DNA from: Patescibacteria group bacterium
GTDB lineage: Bacteria; Patescibacteriota; Patescibacteriia; UBA11705; DATKZF01
Direction: 5' to 3'
DNA length: 64,000 bases
Assembly: GCA_049319825.1 (NCBI GenBank)
Contig: JBMORT010000009.1
Coordinates: 67,349 to 131,348, forward strand
The notes under the pieces were generated by a model, which was not told the DNA's origin, made no database searches, and worked only from the letters and a program-made list of their open reading frames with translations. The translations under genes were made by a program, and so were the position numbers. Positions within the stretch are counted from its first letter, which is position 1; each line of letters begins with the position of its first letter. Positions 57,173 through 64,000 of this stretch are shown in pieces.

Positions 57173-57496
57173 ATGGATGGAGAACAAAAACCAATGTCAT
57201 CTCCGGAATCTCCCAAAATGCAGTTAAAAGTGGAGGTTCCATGGAGAGAAAAAATTTCTCGTTTATTCATTTTCAGAGGGTTGTGGGTCTTTGTCTTCGT
57301 TTGGGTGCTGTATGTGTGGATGATTTGGATCGGATTAATTAATTTTGTGCATTTTTGGTACATGTTAATATTGGGAAAAAGACAAGAGACTCTGTGGAAG
57401 AAAAATGTTCGATTTTTTAGAACGATAACCCAGTGGAATTCGTATCTGCAAAACTTAACTGATGAAAGACCAAAGTTTATCGGAGACAAAGTTTAA
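57173..57496 (+). CDS. DUF4389-like membrane protein
   Basis: SRL..FR, W..LILGK, Y...LTDERP.F. Confidence 0.75.
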   Translation: MDGEQKPMSSPESPKMQLKVEVPWREKISRLFIFRGLWVFVFVWVLYVWMIWIGLINFVHFWYMLILGKRQETLWKKNVRFFRTITQWNSYLQNLTDERPKFIGDKV

Positions 57497-57552
57497 TTGC
57501 TTAATAAAAAAATCAGCGATTTTTTCCCCGCTGATTTTTGTTTATAAGAATT

Positions 57553-59130
57553 TTATAAAAGGCTGGCGCCGGTCATTTCTTTGGCTGTGGGCATTCCAAT
57601 TTCAGTTAAAATAGTGGGCGCGACATCGCTTAAAATTCCCAGCGGGGACATTAATGAAAGATCTCGGTTATCGGTCGTGATCGCTTGCCCTTGCCTTTGT
57701 TTGTTGATGATGATGAATGGAACGGGATAGACGCTATGTTCTTTGTCGGTCTTGCCTGTTTGTAAATTAACCAATTCTTCAGCGTTGCCGTGATCGCCGA
57801 CCAAAAACGCGCTGCCTCCTTTCTTAAGTATTTCCGGAATCAATCGGCCTAAATTATAATCCATGACTTCGACCGCCTTGATTGTCGCTTCCAGATTCCC
57901 GGTGTGGCCGACCATGTCCGGATTGGCGTAATTGACAATGATAAAATCATGTTTCTCCGCTTTTAGGTCATTGATTATTTCATCGGTCACTTTATCGGCG
58001 GACATGCCCGGAGTTTTATCATAGCTGTCTGTCAACGGAGAGGGGATAAGTATTCTGTCTTCGCCGGGGAATTTTTCTTCTCGCTGTCCGTTCAAAAAAT
58101 AAGTGACGTGCGCGTATTTTTCCGTTTCCGCGATATGCAGCTGAGACAAGCCAGCGTCGCTGATTATTTTCGCCAGTGGATTGCTTACGATTTGTCGAGG
58201 AAAGGCAACATGGACCGGCAGTCCTTTTTTATATTCGGTCATGGTTATGAAGGTCAAACCGTCTATCAAGTCCCTGCCAAACTTGTCAAAATTTGGTTCC
58301 ACAAATGCTTCGGTCAATTGCGCCGCCCGATCCGCTCGAAAATTGAAAAAAATTACCGCGTCTTGCCGGTCAATCGGCGCCAGTGGCTGGTTTTTTTTAT
58401 CAACCATGACCATTGGCGGGAATTGCTCATCGAAAATTTGTTGGGAATAAGCTGATTCAATGTCTTTGACGGCGTCATGAGATGATTTTTCCGATCGGCC
58501 CAGCGCGATCGCCTCATATGCTTTTTGAGTGCGCTCCCAGTATTGATTCCTATCCATGGCAAAAAATCTGCCGCAAACGCTGGCCAGCTGACCGCACCGC
58601 AATTTTTTCATTGTTTTTAGAGTGTCTTTTAAAAATTGCGCGCCCGAATCTTTGGTCGCGTCTCGTCCATCTAAAAATAAATGTAAAAAAGTTTGTTTTT
58701 TAAGCTTATTTTTTTTACACAAGTTCAGCAGCGCTTCAAGATGACGCTGATGAGCGTGAACACCACCATTGCCGATCAACCCCAGCAAATGAAGTTTGGA
58801 TTTGGATTTTATCACTTTTTCAATGGCCGATATCAAGGCCGGATTGGAAAAAAAAGATTGATCCTCGATTGATTTGTCGATTCTAGGCAAACTTTGATAA
58901 TGCAGAACGCCTGATCCAATGTTGACGTGCCCGACTTCGGAATTTCCAACCTCTCCCCAAGGCAATCCCACGTTCATGCCCGAAGCTTCGAGCAGCATTG
59001 TTGGGAAATCTCCGGTAATTTTGTCCAGGTAAGGTTTATGGCTAAGAGAAATGGCGTTTGAATCATTGGGAGTGGTTATACCGAAGCCGTCGAGGATAAT
59101 CAGGACGGCGGGTTTGAGTTTTAGTGCCAT
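57553..59130 (-). CDS. gpmI: 2,3-BPG-independent phosphoglycerate mutase
   Basis: LIILDGFG, GNSEVGH, AMDR, NFRADR, ETEKYAHVT, NPDMVGH, DHGNAE; start at MALKLKP. Confidence 0.95.
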   Translation of the reverse strand: MALKLKPAVLIILDGFGITTPNDSNAISLSHKPYLDKITGDFPTMLLEASGMNVGLPWGEVGNSEVGHVNIGSGVLHYQSLPRIDKSIEDQSFFSNPALISAIEKVIKSKSKLHLLGLIGNGGVHAHQRHLEALLNLCKKNKLKKQTFLHLFLDGRDATKDSGAQFLKDTLKTMKKLRCGQLASVCGRFFAMDRNQYWERTQKAYEAIALGRSEKSSHDAVKDIESAYSQQIFDEQFPPMVMVDKKNQPLAPIDRQDAVIFFNFRADRAAQLTEAFVEPNFDKFGRDLIDGLTFITMTEYKKGLPVHVAFPRQIVSNPLAKIISDAGLSQLHIAETEKYAHVTYFLNGQREEKFPGEDRILIPSPLTDSYDKTPGMSADKVTDEIINDLKAEKHDFIIVNYANPDMVGHTGNLEATIKAVEVMDYNLGRLIPEILKKGGSAFLVGDHGNAEELVNLQTGKTDKEHSVYPVPFIIINKQRQGQAITTDNRDLSLMSPLGILSDVAPTILTEIGMPTAKEMTGASLL

Positions 59131-59134
59131 ATTA

Positions 59135-59371
59135 TCATTTTTTGGTGGAATCCTTAATAATCTGTTCGATTCTTTTATCCATTTCTTCCGCATCTTTGGT
59201 GATTTGCTCTTTTTTAAATTGGTCATCTTCTTTTTCCGCCTTAACCACGTAGATGTTTCGGTCATAAATCAATTGAGTGATCTGCGGCAGCAGCTGAGCT
59301 TTGGCGTCCGGATCAACGACGCCATGATCGGCGAAATATTGTTCGATTGATTTTTGTTTAATTTGATTCAT
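59135..59371 (-). CDS. small helical hypothetical protein
   Basis: Clean ORF directly upstream of gpmI. Confidence 0.6.
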   Translation of the reverse strand: MNQIKQKSIEQYFADHGVVDPDAKAQLLPQITQLIYDRNIYVVKAEKEDDQFKKEQITKDAEEMDKRIEQIIKDSTKK

Positions 59372-59461
59372 ATTTTTTTAGTTATTATCTAAATTATACA
59401 GCATCGGTCTGAAATCTCAAAATTTTTTGATATAATAAAAATAATCTTATAATAAAAAAAT

Positions 59462-59734
59462 ATGAAAAAAATTTTTGAGCAACCAGAGTCTCTCAAGCTT
59501 GAAGTCTTGGAAAAATTATCAGCGCTCATTACCGCCGGGTTCGGATTGGTGGCGGCGCTGGCCTGGAATGACGCCATCAAGGCGATGTTTAATAAATTTT
59601 TTCCGGCGCCGACCGGCAATTTGGTGGCCAGCATTGTGTACGCGTCATTTATTACGATTGTGGTGGTGGCGGTGACCATGCAATTCGGTCGGGCGGTCAG
59701 TAAGGCTAGAAAGCATATTAACAAAACAAATTGA
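59462..59734 (+). CDS. DUF5654-like small membrane protein
   Basis: L.TAGFGLVAALAWNDAI motif. Confidence 0.8.
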   Translation: MKKIFEQPESLKLEVLEKLSALITAGFGLVAALAWNDAIKAMFNKFFPAPTGNLVASIVYASFITIVVVAVTMQFGRAVSKARKHINKTN

Positions 59735-59827
59735 CCGATCCGTCGCTTGAGTTTAAAACATTTATCCCCATGCGGAAATTGTTAAAAAATGGTATAATTT
59801 TCATAGTCAAGACTTTAAGCCAAGAAA

Positions 59828-61759
59828 ATGATTAGCAGAACAATCAAAAGAATTTTTATAATATTCGTGATGATCGTCATGGCGCCGTTTTTTTGTGTTA
59901 ATAAAGACGCGCATGCCGCCATTTTAATAAATGTTTCCGATGCCATGTCCGTTGTGACCATAAACGATGACTCGGATCACGTGATCAAAATGCAAACACC
60001 GTCGGGCGTGCACGCGCCGGCGGCAACCATTACCATTGCTTTTGACAATAATTTTATTGTTTCCGGAGTTTCTTACGCGGATATTGATTTATCCCATGGA
60101 CCGGCGACCGGTTATGAAACCGAAGAGTCTTTGGCCGCCGCCGCGGGAGTGAATGTTTGGGGGGCGGCTTTTTCCGGCAACATGTTAACTTTGGTGCCGC
60201 CGACCAATGCCGGCGCCAATGAGATTGGCGCAGGCGATATAATCGTGATTGAGATCGGCACTATCGCCGCCGGCGGCATAAACATGATAAATAACCCCGC
60301 GGCGGAAGGGACATACCCGATAGCCATTGCCGGCGGCTTTGGCGATTATAAAACTATCAGCGTGCTGGTGAAAAACACCATTGTCGGTATTACCGCCGTG
60401 GTATCGTCGCCTCCGGGCGGAGGCGATGCCACGCCGCCGATAATTTCCAATGTTCAAGTAATTAATATCACGCCGTATAGCGCCACGGTAACCTGGCAAA
60501 CCAATGAGAATGCCAATTCATTTGTTGATTACGGGCTAACACTGGCCTATGAAATCGGTACGGTTTTTGATTCTTCCTATGTGACCGCTCATTCACTTGA
60601 TTTAACGGGATTAATACCTGACACTTTGTATCACTTCCAGGTGATTTCCCGAGATATTTCCGGCAATATGGCCGTCGCCGGAGACTTCACTTTTACCACA
60701 TTGCCATTGATCAGCGAATTGATCATCTTTAACGTGCGCGCGGAAAATATTACCGCCCACTCGGCCGACATAGTCTGGGAAACTAATTTGGCCGCGGATT
60801 CACGCGCGGATTTCGGATTAACCGAAGGGTATGAAATCGGCTATAGCGAAAATGGAAATTTGGTGTTCGTACACACGATACCTCTGTTCGGGTTGCTGGC
60901 GGATACGACTTATTATTTTTCCGTCACTTCAAAAGACGGCGATGGGCATGAAGTCACCAGTATCGGTCATTCATTTACCACATTAGCCGAGGAATTTTTT
61001 GTCCCCAATGTCAATAATTTTCAAGCGGAAGCCGATATTGACAATGCCAGAGTGATCCTGACCTGGGTTAATCCTGATTTCCCCGAATTCGCCGGCGTAT
61101 TGATCAAGCGCAGCACCATCGGCTATCCGGCCACGCCACTGGAAGGGAATTTTGTGTATGATGGAATTGCTCAGCTCGCATACGACACCAATGTCGAATT
61201 CGGTATAATTTATTACTATTCGGCGTTTGCCTACGATATCAACGGAAATTTTTCCTCGGGTGCGTTCGCCTGGACTGTTTTGATTCCGGAATATTCAGTG
61301 CACATTAAAGCGTGGCCGGAAAAACGCGTTCCGCGCGAGGGCAATTGGGAGACAAACGGCGTGCTGGCCTTCCTGACTCCGGGTACGCCGGTTATCACCA
61401 ATCTTTACTCCGTCACTACTGATAATCTGGGCGAGGCCGATGTTTTGGTCGATGATTTGCTGCCGGGCGCCTATGATACGACTTTCAAGGGTTTATCCCA
61501 CCTCAAAAAAAAGGTAACCGACATCGACATTGATCCGGTGTCCCACACATTTATAGACTTTACTTTTGGAGAATCATTCAGCGTATTAGCCGGCGATGTT
61601 CATGTGTCCAAGGACAACTATGTCAATGGATTGGATATTTCGGCCATGGTGCCTTATCTGTATTCGGGTAATGTCGATGCCGATTTGAATTTGGATTCTC
61701 AGGTCAATGGACTGGATCTGAGCATTTTGGTATATAATCTTTACAAATGGGGCGATTGA
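59828..61759 (+). CDS. secreted Fn3-repeat protein with C-terminal dockerin
   Basis: Signal peptide; two SA.V.W.TN..A.S..DYG...H...L.GL..DT.Y.F repeats; duplicated D..VNGLD.S motif at the C-terminus. Confidence 0.85.
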   Translation: MISRTIKRIFIIFVMIVMAPFFCVNKDAHAAILINVSDAMSVVTINDDSDHVIKMQTPSGVHAPAATITIAFDNNFIVSGVSYADIDLSHGPATGYETEESLAAAAGVNVWGAAFSGNMLTLVPPTNAGANEIGAGDIIVIEIGTIAAGGINMINNPAAEGTYPIAIAGGFGDYKTISVLVKNTIVGITAVVSSPPGGGDATPPIISNVQVINITPYSATVTWQTNENANSFVDYGLTLAYEIGTVFDSSYVTAHSLDLTGLIPDTLYHFQVISRDISGNMAVAGDFTFTTLPLISELIIFNVRAENITAHSADIVWETNLAADSRADFGLTEGYEIGYSENGNLVFVHTIPLFGLLADTTYYFSVTSKDGDGHEVTSIGHSFTTLAEEFFVPNVNNFQAEADIDNARVILTWVNPDFPEFAGVLIKRSTIGYPATPLEGNFVYDGIAQLAYDTNVEFGIIYYYSAFAYDINGNFSSGAFAWTVLIPEYSVHIKAWPEKRVPREGNWETNGVLAFLTPGTPVITNLYSVTTDNLGEADVLVDDLLPGAYDTTFKGLSHLKKKVTDIDIDPVSHTFIDFTFGESFSVLAGDVHVSKDNYVNGLDISAMVPYLYSGNVDADLNLDSQVNGLDLSILVYNLYKWGD

Positions 61760-61792
61760 TTTGAATCAAAGAATTATTAGCTTATTAATATT

Positions 61793-64000
61793 ATGACAAA
61801 AATAAAAAAAGCACTGTTTGGGTTGACGATGGTTTTGGCGTGCTTAATCGGGTTGGCTTCGATGGCCGCCGCCGCCGAATTTCATCTGTCACCGGCGTCC
61901 GACACGTTAAGACAAGGCTGTGAATACTCCGCCAACATCATGATTAATACCGAAGGAGTCGAAACAAACGCCGCCGATGCCGTGATAGTTTTTAATCCCA
62001 ATGACGTGGAAATTCTGGATCAAGTGACCAATATGCCCGGCGTGCAGGTTAAACCCGGAACCGTTTATCAAATGTATCCGGGAAACGTGGTCGATGAGGC
62101 GCAGCAGCGGATATTGCTTACGGGCTTCAATGTCATCGGCGGATATACCGGCACGGGGGTATTTGGATCAATTGTTTTTCGAAGCAAACCGGGTGTCACC
62201 AATACCAATTTTAATTTTTATTTTGTGCCGGGATTGACGACCGACAGCAATATCGCCGACATGCTCAGCAATGACGTGTTAACCCGCGTCGCCAACGCGT
62301 CCTATACTTTCGTCCCTGGACCATGCGTCGATGATACCACACCGCCGTGGGTACAGAATCCATCTCCCAGCCCGGGACAGCAAGGAGTGCCGCTCAGTGC
62401 CAATGTCGCCTTCAATATACTTGATAACGCCGCTGGTGTTGATTTGAATGCTGTGACTGTCAAAATTGAGGGGATTGAATATAAATTGGCCGGCCCGAAT
62501 ACATTCACTTACACCGGCGATCCGCTAAATTATAGAATCACCGTGGATACTATCCAAGATTTTACACCGGATACGCCTGTTCAGGTGGAAATTCGCGGCC
62601 AGGATTTATCCGGCAATACGATGAATCCCTATATTTACACTTTTAATGAGCCGATCCCGGATACGGCTCCGCCATACGTGCAGAATCCTGATCCGAGGCC
62701 GGGGCAAAGAGACGTGCCGCTTAATCAAAATGTCGCTTTTAACGTGCTGGATAATGATTCCGGCGTGGATATTAACACCGTCAGAATCGTGGTTGATGGC
62801 GTTACCTATCAATTGTCCGGGCCAAATACTTTCAGTTATACGGGTGACAGCGGTAATTTTAGAGTGACAGTCGATCCGATAAATAATTTTCCCGCCGGCA
62901 CTGGCGTGAGCGTCGAGATTCGAGCGAGCGACTTGGCCGGCAATGCCATGGCGCCATATCGATATCGATTTAACGAACCCATTCCCGATAACACGCCACC
63001 ATGGGTGCAGAATCCGTCGCCTCAGCCTAATCAACGAGATGTGCCGCTCGACGCCAACGTGTCTTTTGAAATACTCGATGATGTTTCCGGGGTTGATATC
63101 GACTCGGTCGCCGTTTCCATTGACGGCATCTTATACACTCTCGCCGGCGCCAATTCATTCAGCCGAACCGGCGATCCGTTAAGGTATTTTATTGAAGTCA
63201 ATCCGATTCAGGACTTTCCGGATCAGCAGGCGGTGATAGTTGAAATAAACGCCCGCGACTTGCGAGGCAATGTCATGGCTCCATATCGTTATCGCTTTAA
63301 TGAGCCGATTCCGCCGCCGCCAACTTGCGAAGAGCTGGGCTGCACCTGCGAATCAATGAGTTGCGTCACCCAGTGCGCGCCATGCGAATATCAAATCCCA
63401 GAACCGACAGTGCCGCCCGATCTGCGTTTGGGTTTGGAAAATGTCGAATTTTGGGCGGCCGGACACACGATTCAGCTGATCCCGAATGCCGATCATTATG
63501 TAACGGTGTTACCCAGCCAAGTGTACGAAGTGGAGCTGGATGCCGAGGCATTGCCCAAAGCAGCGGCCAGTGTCGAATGGTTGGTCGCGGCGTCCGCTTA
63601 TCGATTGGCCCGAACTCAGGATGGCTTGCTTTATAAAACCAGCGTTCAAAGCGATTTTATCCCGGGAAATTATTTAGCCAGCCTGATTGTCAATTACTTG
63701 GACGGTTCGATCGACGTGCTCAAATTCGGGGTGACTGTCGCGCCCTTTGGGTTGATTTATGAGGAAAGCGACGGACAGCAGTCGGTGGTTTCCGGCGCGT
63801 TAATCACATTAAACAGAGCTGATGGCAGCACCTGGCCGGGCAGCGCTTATGCGCAGACAAACCCAATGTATTCCAACAGTTATGGCAACTTCGGTTATAT
63901 GGTATTGCCCGGCAATTATCGAATTTTGATTCAAAAAGAAGGTTATCGTGATAAGGAGGTGGCCATATCATCCAGCTTGATAATCAATCCTCAAATCGAG
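61793..64000 (+). CDS. large secreted protein, runs off the window: cohesin-like domain + three Ig-like repeats + Cys-rich linker + carboxypeptidase-regulatory-like domain
   Basis: Open frame from ATG 61793 (MTKIKKALFG...); D..PP.VQNP.P.P.Q..VPL..NV.F..LD..SGVD repeated three times; not in ORF track because it has no stop. Confidence 0.85.
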   Translation, partial: MTKIKKALFGLTMVLACLIGLASMAAAAEFHLSPASDTLRQGCEYSANIMINTEGVETNAADAVIVFNPNDVEILDQVTNMPGVQVKPGTVYQMYPGNVVDEAQQRILLTGFNVIGGYTGTGVFGSIVFRSKPGVTNTNFNFYFVPGLTTDSNIADMLSNDVLTRVANASYTFVPGPCVDDTTPPWVQNPSPSPGQQGVPLSANVAFNILDNAAGVDLNAVTVKIEGIEYKLAGPNTFTYTGDPLNYRITVDTIQDFTPDTPVQVEIRGQDLSGNTMNPYIYTFNEPIPDTAPPYVQNPDPRPGQRDVPLNQNVAFNVLDNDSGVDINTVRIVVDGVTYQLSGPNTFSYTGDSGNFRVTVDPINNFPAGTGVSVEIRASDLAGNAMAPYRYRFNEPIPDNTPPWVQNPSPQPNQRDVPLDANVSFEILDDVSGVDIDSVAVSIDGILYTLAGANSFSRTGDPLRYFIEVNPIQDFPDQQAVIVEINARDLRGNVMAPYRYRFNEPIPPPPTCEELGCTCESMSCVTQCAPCEYQIPEPTVPPDLRLGLENVEFWAAGHTIQLIPNADHYVTVLPSQVYEVELDAEALPKAAASVEWLVAASAYRLARTQDGLLYKTSVQSDFIPGNYLASLIVNYLDGSIDVLKFGVTVAPFGLIYEESDGQQSVVSGALITLNRADGSTWPGSAYAQTNPMYSNSYGNFGYMVLPGNYRILIQKEGYRDKEVAISSSLIINPQIE

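Overview
64-kb chromosomal window from what is most likely a Patescibacteria (CPR, Parcubacteria-like) genome. This is inferred from gene content, AT-rich leaders without Shine-Dalgarno (SD) motifs on core genes, and CPR-type surface proteins; the genetic code is standard. Core content: a beta-CASP RNase / R15P isomerase / HAD / form III-type RuBisCO / AMP phosphorylase nucleotide-salvage cluster, recQ, typA, dnaG-rpoD, an arginine decarboxylase-like gene, a FecR + CHASE2-cyclase pair, hypC-hypD-hypE plus a truncated hypF, gpmI, three tRNAs (Ser, Val, Asn) and a dockerin/cohesin surface-protein pair. The main unexplained signal is a ~500-nt non-coding locus at ~50970-51503 on the minus strand. 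It has its own sigma70-type promoter and an intrinsic terminator, and holds six stem-loop units of the form stem-CGA-N9-UGU-N6/7-CGN-N9-UGU-stem with all 12 nine-nt segments different. This looks like a dual-spacer guide-RNA array (TIGR / box C/D / IS110 bridge-RNA-like), but no recognisable Tas or Nop-domain effector gene is in the window. It lies at the end of a cassette-like island built from repeated copies of the hypE 3' end. All calls are by eye; no database searches were run.
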